Shown piece after piece: positions 1 to 12,200 of a DNA stretch of 64,000 nt. The notes beneath the pieces were generated by a model. It had not been told where the DNA came from, ran no database searches, and worked only from the letters and a program-made list of their open reading frames with translations. A program made the position numbers and the translations under genes. How positions within the stretch are numbered: the stretch's first letter is position 1; each line of letters begins with the position of its first letter. This DNA is from Laetmonice hystrix (lineage: Eukaryota): assembly GCA_965235115.1 (NCBI GenBank), contig OZ249441.1, forward strand, positions 27,280,001 through 27,344,000, read 5' to 3'.

Positions 1-266
1 TTGATTGATCTTTTCTTGATCAAATCGTACCAGGTCCTCAGTTCCTACATGAAGGATCATCACTTCTGGTTTCAAGGGCTGGAACTTTTTTAGGAGGTCT
101 TCCAGAGTTTTTCCCACAGATGAGAACTGCAGGGTTGGGTACGCTAAATAACGGATGCATGAATTGGATGCATTTTGGGTGAGACCATTTTGGCTGGTGG
201 CCGCCATCTGGGTAACGAGATATATCGTGGCATCACCAAGAATCCACACCTGACGTCGTTCACTGG
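1..266 (-). CDS. SGNH/GDSL-hydrolase-like exon, copy A (truncated by window edge), catalytic Ser replaced by Ala
   Basis: Not in the ORF track. Manual translation after acceptor ttaaacag|CC gives SERRQVWILGDATIYLVTQMAATSQNGLTQNASNSCIRYLAYPTLQFSSVGKTLEDLLKKFQPLKPEVMILHVGTEDLVRFDQEKINQ, colinear with the copy B exon; block I-like WILGDA and block III-like LHVGTED. Confidence 0.85.
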
Positions 267-3200
267 CTGTTTAAGTGCAAAAAAAAATCATTGATTATAA
301 AGCATTGCCAAAAATTGCGATTAAAGAAAAACGTATACGCTCACAAGGTCACTCAATGTAAACGGAAATAGCGACAAATGAAACTTAATATGACTACCTT
401 ACCTTAGTTTATAGACAGTATATGGTTACCTTATATTTAATCGGAACATTAATGTTTTTGAGATATCGCTGGGGTGGGGGCTAAAAACTTTCTATCCAAC
501 ATTCATTGCAGGTATTATTTTCAGAGTTTTGGAGCCAGGACTCATTATTATATAATATGCAACCTTCACTGACCTTTCAAGGTCACTGAAAGTAAAGAAC
601 ATTAGTTTTAAGATAAATATCTCATACGATTTCTAATTTGTGAATTACAGTATAACCTGCACCCTCTTGTTTTTTTTCAAGCTATAGGCCAAAATAGCAT
701 GCGTTACATATTATGGAGAGGAAATAGAACAAATATGGCCATAAATTAGTGTAAAATGTCAACGTTGTATACACTTCTAGGAAATCACTGACCATGGCTA
801 TACAGAAAAACGTAAGTCCAAACAGATGGATGTACGGATCGAAGACAAATCGTACTCCCCTTGAAATTGATGGCTGACAGCAAATCCTTATTAGACAGTT
901 TCCCACATGAACAATAACATTTCCTGAGACGTCAAATTATATTCTGTATTCCCTCTTTCTCAAAAAGATGCCATACAAAAATGTTTCCTTACGTGTCATA
1001 TAATCAAAGTTACAACACATGTCCATAGAATTATATTATATACTTACAACCCTTTCCATTCCAGAGCAGCAGTGGTGGCGGAATGTCGCTCTCATCAAGC
1101 CTCGTCAGGGCAGTTTGTAGTTTTCCACCAGTCCAACCTGGCTTTTTATTTTCCTTAACAGGCCAATCCTTTTCGCGCGTATATTCCACCTTCTCTTTTA
1201 TCATGGCTCTATATGCTGCAGGATTATTCAGTTCCTCCGCAGATATACGCGACGTCTGAAAAGGAAGCATTGCTTGCCTTTCTTTTCGACTAGGCTTTGA
1301 TCCTTGGGAACCAGGCATTGGTCTTTGTGGTCCGGGTCCTTGTGGCATTGGATCTTGTTTTCTGGTCTCATGTGGCAGTGATCCTTGTGGACTGTCCCCA
1401 TGTGGCATTGGCCCTTGCGGACCGAGCCCATGTGACACTTGTCCTTGTGGACCTGGCCCATGTGGCATCGGTCCTTGCAGACCTGTCCCGTGTGGCATTG
1501 GTCCTTGTGGGCCTGGCCCATGTGGCATTGGTCCTTGTGGACCTGGTCCATGTGGCATTGGTCCTTGGGGACCGGGCCCATGGAACATTGGTCCTTGTGG
1601 ACTGGGCCCATAGGGCACTGGTCCTTGTGGACCAGGCCCATGGGGCATTGGTCCTTGCGGACCAGGCCCATGTGGCATTGGTCCTTGGGGACCGGGCCCA
1701 TGGGGCATTGGTCCTTGGGGACCGGGGCCACATGGCATTGGTCCTTGTGGACCGGGGCCACCTGGCATAGGTCCCTGGGGACCGGGTCCATATGGCATTG
1801 GTCCTTGTGGACCCGGCCCAGGTGGCATTGGTCTGGGTGGCATAGGGCCACGAAACATTGGTACAGGTTGCATAGCCCAAGGTGGCATAGCCCTAGGAGG
1901 CATTGTTCCTGGGGGCATGGAGCGAGGTGGCATTGACCCAAGTGGTATAGCCCCAGGCGGCACAGCTCCTGGGGGAAAAGCCCCTGGTGGCATGGCTCCA
2001 AATCGTGGACCACCTGTATTACTGCCACAGAAACGACCTCCTGGAAACTGCTGTCCTGGGACTTGGTATTGCATGCCTTGCTGACCTGGAGGAGTCTGTA
2101 CTGGCTTTTGATGAAAAGGACCAGGACCAGGAAAATGCTGAGGGAAAGGAGATCCCACTGGAGCAGCTGGATTTGGTCCTGTAGGGTTGGGCCATGGGTA
2201 ACCATTCCCTGGTTGCCGATGACTATCTGTATAACGCCGATATTCAGGGCTCCTACCTCTCCGGTTGTTATGCCAGGATCTTGGCGATAAACTGCGACCA
2301 CGGCTGCTGAAGGATGATGAACGACTGCTTGAGCTTAGACTCTCGAGGGACAGGTTCTGATTACGGCACCTCTGCCTGGTGCGAGGTGGAGAAACTGAAA
2401 GACTAATCTGTCGTGCACGGTCCCTCCGGTCCCTCCGTTTTTCTCTGTTTCGTCCCGATTCATTCAGGGGCTTCTTTTCTGAAGTTTTGACACTAACTTT
2501 CTTGACATCTCTACGGGTGTAACTTTTCTTTATGTCTGTCTGCTTTCTCCTGGTTTCCGATTTCTGACTTCTTGTCTTCTTGTTATCTGACACGGTACCT
2601 TTTTTTGAGTGTTCCCTCTTCACCTCTGTATGTTTGGAGGATGCCATTTCTTTAACATTAGCGTCCTTATATACCTTTTTAAATTCTTCTTTTACTTTTA
2701 CTTTGTCTTTTACTTCCGGTTCGCTGTCAGAACCCCCAACTTCTTCTAAAACAGTATATCCCTCTAAACTCATGGCACCTGGTTCCGTGTCCCTAGATAT
2801 CACATCGCTGAAGGTTGACCCTCCAGGATCCTTTATGTCTGTACTCTGTGCAGCTTCTTCATCACGTTTCTGAACTAAGGATATTTCTGGAGACTTTCCT
2901 TTAGTCTTGGAACTTTCCCTTCCCTTTGAATTACGTACTGAAATCCTACTGCTACTTTCTAACCTGGATCTCATGGAGGTTGACCATGACCCCTTTTTAA
3001 CCTTACTCTCCCCTGTCTTTCCCTCCCTGGAGTCTTTCTGATCAGAAGAACTAGCTAACATGGGGGACAAGGAGCGTTTATCAGGTTTCACCACAGCAGG
3101 CGCCTTTGAATGGCCTTTGGACCTTGACTGCCTTCCAGAGCTGGAACGATCCAGAGACTTCGAGCGAGTTCTGTGTCTGTTTGCTGGAGACCTTATCCGG

Positions 3201-6200
3201 AGTCTGTTCCTAGACCGCTCAGGAGACCTTGAACGGAGTCTCTTCCTATGTAGCTCTGGAGATTTTAAACGGAGCTTGTTCCTTGACTGCTCTGGAGACC
3301 TTGAACGGAGTCTGTTCCTAGACCGCTCTGGAGACCTTGACCGGAGTCGGTTCCTGGACCACTCTGGGGATCTTGACCGGAGTCTGTTCCTGGACCACTC
3401 TGGGGATCTTGACCGGAGTCTGTTCCTGGACTGCTCCGGAGATCTTGACCGGAGTCTGTTCCTGGACTGCTCCGGAGATCTTGACCGGAGTCTGTTCCTG
3501 GACTGCTCTGGGGACCTTGACCGGAATCTGTTCCTAGGCCTGTCTGGAGATCTTGAGCGCAGTCTGGTCGAAGGGAGATCTGGAGATCTTGAGCGCAGCC
3601 TGTCCCGAGAGAGATCTGGAGATCTTGCATGTAGTCTGTTCTGAGACAGCTCTGGAGATCTTGATCGCAGTCTGTTCCGAAACAACTCTGGAGATCTTGA
3701 GTACTGTCTGTGCCTAAACAGTTCTGGTGACGTTGACCGCAGCCTAGCAAACTCTGGAGACTGTGACCTCAGTCGATGGCTCAACATCTCGGGCGATCTT
3801 GACCTCAAATGCCACTTCTCACTCGTCATGGTTAGACTCGGTGACCTGGACCTGGATCTAGAAGAATGGTGAGGCAGTGGGCCACTGGGTGCCAAGGACT
3901 GACTGGTGACAGGTTCACTCGGCTGTCTTCCGGAAACTGCTCCTGGGAAAGATGCTGTCAAACTGCTACTTGCAGAAATGGCAGTCATTCCCAAGTAGCT
4001 GATCTCTTGATTTGTAGAACCCACATCATTGGACAGACTTCCATATGGTGAAGGCGTTGGCAGGTTGGTACCGCTCTTCATCTTCAGAATTCCTTTTAAG
4101 CCCGTGGTGCCTGCTGGCGTAACACTGGTAGCCAGTATTTTCTGAGGCAAGTTAGAAGAAGACCACGACGTCTCACTCTGAGTCTCCTCGGCCGCCACTC
4201 CTGTATATTCAGCACAACCATATAGAAACACATTAAAACCAACTAAGAAGCAATGCAGAGAATATAGACAGCATAAGTTCAATATAAAATGAACTAACAA
4301 AAATCCTATCTGAGTTAATGGCTGGAATTTTACTGAAATGGCAACAACTAAATGACAAAAGTACAAGCACAGTGTGTGCCTGTGCTTTTTCCCTCTTTTA
4401 CCTCTTGGATCAGGCTAATTTATTTCTGATATCCCTGCCAGATCGAAGAGGTATCCCTCGAGCTTACTTTCCGCTCACTTCAGTACCTATTCATAAATGT
4501 GCGCTTAAAGCTTCCTGGCATCAATAAGAATCAATAAATCCTTGCACTTGAACAACCAAGCTGTCGTCAACCTGCAGAAGATATGAAGTGGAGTTTGATT
4601 TTGGATTTAACCTCTCTAACGTATCATATCGAGGTGGTCAGATTTTCTGGTGGAAGAAACTGGAGTATGCCAGGGAAAACCACCGACCTTACAGCAGATA
4701 ACGCACAAGCCTGATGTCTGGCTAGAGATACACAGTGGAGACCCCACACTGACGTCAACTGGATACAGTGGTCAACATCTAATTATGGCCACATTGGCTC
4801 AGATATGATTTGTCCCTTCTGTTCCACGTTTGTGAAACACTTGCAATTAGTCTTTCAATCTCAGCTTGCTCTGTTGTGCTGGAGTCACCAAGGCTTCCAG
4901 CTCCACTTCCAGGGCCTAGCTTTTCAGAGATTAAGCTTAAACTTTAGCACGAAATTCGGTTTTGAAAAACTGGGCCCAGATGTGAACTATGAATGGTAAC
5001 TACCATACATTGATTGTGACCCGTTAGGTGCTACAAACCAGATTACCGTCTTCCCTATTGTACATACATCAGACATACACTGTCTCTAGTCTAATCTCTT
5101 ATCAAGGCGTCTTTTCTTCCCCCGTGAATTCACCAAGGTTTGTTTTAAATTATAGCAATTACCAGGATTGACTGGTAACCAGCCGGTTAAAGAAACCTTT
5201 ATTGTAAAACACTTATGCCTCCGAGGGGACACCATGTAACATGCCAATCCTGATATGTCATCACCGAGACCGTACCCCCACAACTGTCTAGAGAGAAAAT
5301 GAGAAAAAGTGACAAAACCGCGATTACGCGGTCGACAGATCAGAAACTTAAATCAAACATATATTTTAACATACCAACATCATAACATCACAACTCCCTG
5401 CAAACAAAGCCAGTCCACATTAAATTATGAGCGGGGTATCACAGCTGGTAATAAAATGTACCAAATTTCTGCTACTGGACCCATTGGAAATTTGTTAACA
5501 CATCAGTTGACAATTTTTGTGTAACGACCAAACTAGACAGACCCTGTTCCTTCTTCTTTTTCCTTCTGCTAGAAAGTCACTCCTCTCATCAGGGCCGTCA
5601 GAACTCTCAGGGCCGAAAGGAACAAAGTTTTTTTCCATGAAAATATTGCGAAAAAAAGGTTATTATATTGCTTTCCAAAGATTGCATATCACTGTGTCTG
5701 AATCAGGTATGCAGTCAGAAAGAAAGGACATTGGGAAGAGAAACGTACTGGGATGCTCCAGTTACCTTTAGAGTGTGGACTCCGGTCAGGTTTATTGACG
5801 TAAAATTCTGGCGGGTTATTAAGTAAGGTGATTTTTCTAACCCCGCTAATTCTTGTAACAACAGATCTCTAGTCTCTTGTAATATTACTGAGGCCTCCTC
5901 ATTTCCCAAAACGTTTTTATTTACTGCAAGCTCAATTATACACTCTCTGTTTACATGTATGTATGTATGTTACAAGGAACGAAAGAACACAAGAACTGTC
6001 AAATAGTTTCAAGGACTGCCACGTACTTGGTTATACTTGTTCAAGTTCACGGAATGTTCACTTCAGGTACAAGATGAAAGCAGACAGCATGTACCCGGGT
6101 ACTCCTTAGCCCAACAAAATTTTGTTGGGCTCTTCCACATACATTACAAAATTGTGCAACACTTGCTAACAGCAATACGAGCAGCAAACGTTTCTTGATG

Positions 6201-9200
6201 TATCATGTTTCTTGATTTATGTTCAATGAGTTCAGCAAAAGTCAATGACTTGACGCATGGCTAATAACGGTGATGAGGTTACAATGGGCAGCCCCTGTCT
6301 CGGCAGTTGGTTCAGTTTCTGCCTTACTCTCAGTTGGCAGCCACTGCACCCAGGCTGCAAACACCAGCCTGAATGCTGTCAGAATACAATTTGCACCAGC
6401 TTCGTTCACATGACACCCATCAACCATGTATAGTCCTTCATCATTCCAATCCTTGTAGTAGTCATGGTCCAGAATATAGTACTTTCTCCCATTTTTACGC
6501 AACAAAGTCTGAACCAGACTGTTCACGTCACACCTCAACTTCTCCGTCTCCTCCAAAGGAACATCGACACCACAGGCAGCATGACGCATTATGATTTTGG
6601 ACCAAATCAATACTACATTTGGCAAGATGGTATAAATGTCTTTGATCAGTTTCAACACACTGTCAAAAATCTGGTCCTTAGAAAGTCGAGCCAGGTCCTC
6701 TGCACCAACATGTAAGGTCAGCACATCCGGAGCACGCTTGCATAGCTGCAGGCACTTCCTAATAGTTGTGCCAACAGTGGAGAATCGCAGGGCTGGATGA
6801 GCGAAGTAACGGAATGAGCTATTTTCGACATTCTGATTGAGACCATGCTTGCTTTGGCTCGCCACCTGGCATACCAAGTAGACTGTCGCATCACCAAGTA
6901 TCCAGACCTGACGACTAAGATCGGCTGTTTAAAGAGAGGAGTGCCAAGATATCAACAAAAATATCAAGAAAGAAAAATTGTACTGCACTGAATTTGCTTG
7001 AGAAGCACCTTTCCCTTTCTGTATTGACTGCACATACATTGGTAAAATAAAATAAAACACAAAGAGCAACATTACAACAGATTGTGAATTTACTGCTATA
7101 CAGTCAGACCTCATTAATACGTGCTTCTGTAATCCGTATACCTCACAATCCGAACACACTTTCTGGTAACCTCTTCTACCATTTTCTATTTAAAATGATT
7201 CAGTAACCCGTATATTTCACAATCCGAACACATTTTAATGGGCACCAAGCTGTTCGGATAAACGAGGTGTGACTGTATATATACTGCTAACACTGAAACT
7301 TAAATCATGTCCCATATCTGGATCTTTTACATTCCAGGTTATAAGTATAATACAATACATCACTTAAAAAGAGAGCATATTTACATTTCTGCAAGTCCCA
7401 CATGTGAAGTGGCGGAATAGAGTCCTTGTTGGTCCTGAGAGCAGTGAGGAGTTTTTTACCAGTCCACCCTGGCTTTGTTCTACAGGCGACAAATTTTGTT
7501 GCTGCCATCTCCATCTTGATTCTGACATCAGAGGACAGTTGAACTCCCGCAAAAGGTAGTGGATTTGCTGAAATATTCCGAAAAGGCATGGGTCCACTAC
7601 CATCCTGGATAATTTCACTGCATTTCAAAACTTCCTTATCACCAGGATTTTGCTGTGCTGGGGCTTTGTCTGGGAGGCGCCGCTGATGTGGAGTAATTTT
7701 TACTGGGACTGGTGCTGATGCTATGATGTTGGATGTGATGCTCAATGCTGGTTTGGCATTAAGCTGCTGACGGCAAGTAATTTTTACTGGGACTGGCTGC
7801 GATGCTGGGTGCTGGTTGCTTGGTGTGGCCTGTCGGCCTCCAGTCCTCAAGGGTTTCCCCTCCTTGGAACTTGATTCTGATGACTCAGGACTTTCTCCAA
7901 TTACTGATGATCTTGAACTTGTCGGTGGTAACTTTACATCTAAAACGGGAGGTTTTTGATTCCATGGCTTGCTTGTCTGGGCTGCTTCTATGCCCGTGCA
8001 ACCTTGTATCACAGTTCGAAAACTTTTGATATTTTTACCTTCCTGGTTGTTTCTGGCTGGTCTTTCTTTGGAAGTTTTTCTTTTCTTTGTGCCTTTTGAT
8101 TTAACTTTATCTTTGTTTCTGCTTAAACTGTTTTGAGTTTCAATGGTTCCTCCAGTCGGCAGATTTCCTATAGAAGCTTTTCCTCCCTTTTTCTTTGAGA
8201 CATCTGGCTCAGTAGGATTTTCCTGCTGTATATGATGTTCTGAATTTTGACTCAACTCACTGCAGCTTCCAGCCTGCTCATCTGATGTCCACACTGGTGA
8301 CAAATTTTCTTCCGAGGTCCACACTGGTGACCACTCTTCGTCTGACGTCCAGACTGGGGACAAACGGACTCTACCGAATCTCACCTCGGTAAAAGGTAAC
8401 TTAGGACTTGGGAAAGACGTGTCACTGATCGAACTCAGGCAACTTGGGCTCCATTCTGATGGAAGACTATGCCTAACCTCAGTAGACGGAATTCTGCTTG
8501 AAGTTGAAGATGATGGTCTTGGATGTTCCACTTTCGACAACTTTTTATCCTGAGCTTTTTTCCTCGATTCTTTCTTAGCTTTCTTTTTTCTCAGACCCCC
8601 TGCCTCGCCAGTTTTTTTTATGCTTGCTGTTTTAATAGATTCAGTCTTTAGACTTCCATAGTCTTTGCAAGCTGTGGACTTTTCATTTGCTGGAGGAAGG
8701 CCTTCAGATGTAACTTCGCCCCATTTTTCATGTTCACTTTCTGAGCTACCAACCTCTTCTACAACAGTAAATTCCTTGAGATCTATGACCTTGCTCTCCA
8801 CACTTAATGTATCACTTGATATACTGGACATGACCTTGCTCTCCACACTTAATGTATCACTTGATATACTGGACATGACCTTGCTCTCCACACTTAATGT
8901 ATCACTTGATATACTGGACATGCTTGAGGTTGACCTTGACCCTCTACAAACAATTGGATGATAACTTCTGTCCTCTGAGGTTAGGTTCCCATGCGACAAA
9001 TACCTGCAAGGCTCTAGAGACCTCGACCACAGTTGGTTCCTTGATCTCTCAGGTGACCTTGAGAGTCGTTGCTTGCAAGGAGATCGTGACCGTATTCTGT
9101 GTCTTGGAGACCTTGATTGCTGTTTGTGCTGAGAGAGGTGCGAGAACCTTGACCGGTGTCTGTCCTGAGAGTTGTCTGAAGACCTTGACCGATGTCTATC

Positions 9201-12200
9201 TCTAGATCGGTTTCGGGACCTTGACCGGGGTCTGTGCCAAGACAGTTCTGGGGGCCTCAACCGCGGACTGTTCCGTGACAAGTCTGGGGACCTTGACCCG
9301 GGTCTGTGCTGAAACAGGCCTGGGGACCTTGACCGTGCTCTGTGCCGAGACAGGCCTGGGGACCTTGACCGTGGTCTGTGCCATGACAAGTCTGGGGACC
9401 TTGACCGTGGTCTGTGCCGAGACAGGCCTGGGGACCTTGACCGTGGTCTGTGCTGTGACAAGTCTGGGGACCTTGACCGTGGTCTGTGCCAAGACAGGTC
9501 TGGGGACCTTGACCGTGGTCTGTGCCAAGACAGGCCTGGGGACCTTGACCGTGGTCTGTGCTGTGACAAGTCTGGGGACCTTGGCCGTGGTCTGTGCCGA
9601 GACAGCTCTGGGGACCTTGACCGTGGTCTGTGCGGAGACAGGCATGGGGACCTTGATCTGCTTCGCTGTGTATCTATTGAAGCTAACGTAGGGAAATCTT
9701 TATCCCTAGGCCATCCTGATTTGCTGGCTCCTAGATCAGCCTGCAATGTAGGTCGACTATTCTCACTTAGAGATGTTACTGTCACATTATTCGTGCCCTG
9801 CTGCATACTTGTTATTGAACTCTCCGTCAATGCTGACACAAAAGACCCCTGTTCTAGAGTGGCAGGACTTTGAATGGCTGCTAATGCATTGCATACGTTG
9901 GCCGATTCCTCTAGCAGGCAAGGATTTGTCTTCTTAAGAATTCCTTTTGGTAACTTCTTGCTCCCCTGGGAAAACTTGAGATCCTGTGTTTGGTTGGCAA
10001 TATCCAAAGAAGGCGACAATTTTGAAGTTGTCACTCCTGTATAACAAGCATATTCAACAATGAGCATTTTACATCAGGAATTGGGAAACAATGCCAGGAT
10101 TCTGTACATTATCATTCACACGCCTCCTTTAAGTTCTTCATACTCAGTCATAGCCGACTATGAAAACCTCTGACCTCTCATGTGCTCTCACCATGTTGTC
10201 AAATACATTACAATACAGCTTTTATTTGCTCCAAAAACAGTGCAGACAAAATGACCTTCAATACACATGGCAGGTAGTAGTGTTTTAGTGCCACAAGACA
10301 ACTTATGTCTCACAGAATTTGCTAACTTGCCCATGTCTCCAAAAATCTGATTTGTCAATATATTCAGGCCTTCCAGCAGACCCTGATGAAAAAGTAGGAG
10401 AAAAATAGGACCACAATTTTGGAAAAAGCAGGAGAAACGTAGGAATTGGGGATAAAAAGTAGGATAAAAGTAGGAGTTTTGCAGGCTTGCAGGAGTAGTT
10501 TTCGTCCTTTACCAACGTTGATAGCATAATAAAGAGAGACCTCTTCAGGCTTGGTGCTGTACGATGCAGAGTCATAGTTTTCGGCCCTCGTGAAGGTGTG
10601 GTGCAGCCGGTCTACAGCTTTGGACCTGCAGTAACTACTCACTACTCCTGCACATTATAGTCTTGCATAATTTATATTATTTATGTATTATGTTAAATGT
10701 GTCAAAAGGATTCTACAAAGATGATTACATGTTAAAATTAGATAAGCTCTGCCTGACTATGACTATAGTCAGTGGAGCTAAAAATTGAGATGTATCACGA
10801 AAAAGTAGGAAAAAGAAGGAATTTCAAGAAAAAAAGTAGGAAAAGTAGGAGCAAGGCCAAAAAAGTAGGAAAAAGTAGGAAAAGTAGGACTGCTGGAAGG
10901 CCTGTATATTATTTCAATTGTTGGTTGCTGTCCTGAAACAACAAATTCACAGAAATGACAAATCATTCCTGAAGCTGTATAAATTTACTTTTAAACAAAG
11001 ACACTACCTGCCAAGTCTTAGGGGTCGATATAACTCCAGTGATGTTCTACCTATCTGAGGGGCGACTCCACTGATACTGTGACAAGGATCTATGAAGACC
11101 AGACCGTGGAAGGAGAAAAACCTTTACTCAGTAAACTAATGATAATATCAAGAGCTTTATACTATCAGGTTTTGAATCTGATTAGTGGCCATAATACTAA
11201 GTTTCTGGCTTAAAGAATTTATTTTTTGTTTGGGGAGCTTTGATTGATTGAATTTTACGACACGACTTTCCACTTGTAATCGTAGTATGATACTAATTTA
11301 TATCGGTCTTTCCCATTTCACTCCTGAATACACAACCTTCAGGCCTCTGAACATTGCGGGAACGATCGTTTCGTTCGCGCATTGCTCACATAGATGTCAC
11401 TTTGCGTAACTTAAACTCTGTTCTTGCAAACTCACTGGTTCTGGTGAAATAGACACAATAATTGACAATCTTTTAATGTCTCCTTCAGCATGCTTCTCAT
11501 ATATCGCTATGTTTATTGAATATTAAAGAAATCCATATCCATGTGTAAGTGATAAGTCTTTTACTGAGTTCACACAGCCTAACAGAACTTTTGTAAATGG
11601 GTTACGCAAAATGAGTGGGTTACCTTAAAAAAAAACATTTATGGGTTACGCACATTTTCAATTTTCAGAGGCCTGACCTTGGCTTCATCACTTGTATAAC
11701 AAAGCAGGCAGATTTTGCCTATGAATGTGTCAATACCTCTGTTTCCACCTCCACATTGAGTTTTACAATGTTAGGTCTTTCCAAGCAAGACAGGGTTACC
11801 ATTTGTGCTCGCCTGTACAGTAGAGTTTTGCATGTTGCTGCTATTTTTACTACCCTGACCTCTTGCATTCCTGGCTTGCGAGCTATTTTACAACCCAACT
11901 CATAAACAGGACCGGTGACGATTGAAATTGCACTGGTCCTTGGAAATTTCTACCAATCCAAACTAATTTCAGCATGTTTTCTAGGGCTGAACACTTGTGT
12001 CACGATATGATACGTAATCATGATACATGACAAACGATACGATACGTATCACAATATTTCTCAATGAAACTAAAAGTGTACTATGCTGAAAATAAAAAAG
12101 AATAGAACAGATCTGGTTAAATTTCAAACATTTTAATAGCTGAGAAGGGGCAAGCAGTGCCTTATAACCTTACATAGCCTTCAGGTTTTTCTTCAAGAGT

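Noticed and set aside
1310-1825. Collagen-like domain
   Set aside because: The 10-residue unit breaks the Gly-X-Y register.
1228-2301. Long alternative-frame and antisense ORFs (357, 170, 165, 157 aa; also 3060-3750 and 9202-9691)
   Set aside because: By-products of stop-free 30-bp and 36-bp coding repeats; no independent splice or start context.
3165-9665. 36-bp periodic repeats as a CRISPR array
   Set aside because: Units are contiguous with no unique spacers, are in-frame coding repeats, and the context is eukaryotic with no cas genes.
10530-10625. Candidate exon SKAVDRLHHTFTRAENYDSASYSTKPEE
   Set aside because: Lies inside the 10365-10904 MITE, has a poor donor and phases that do not fit the chain.
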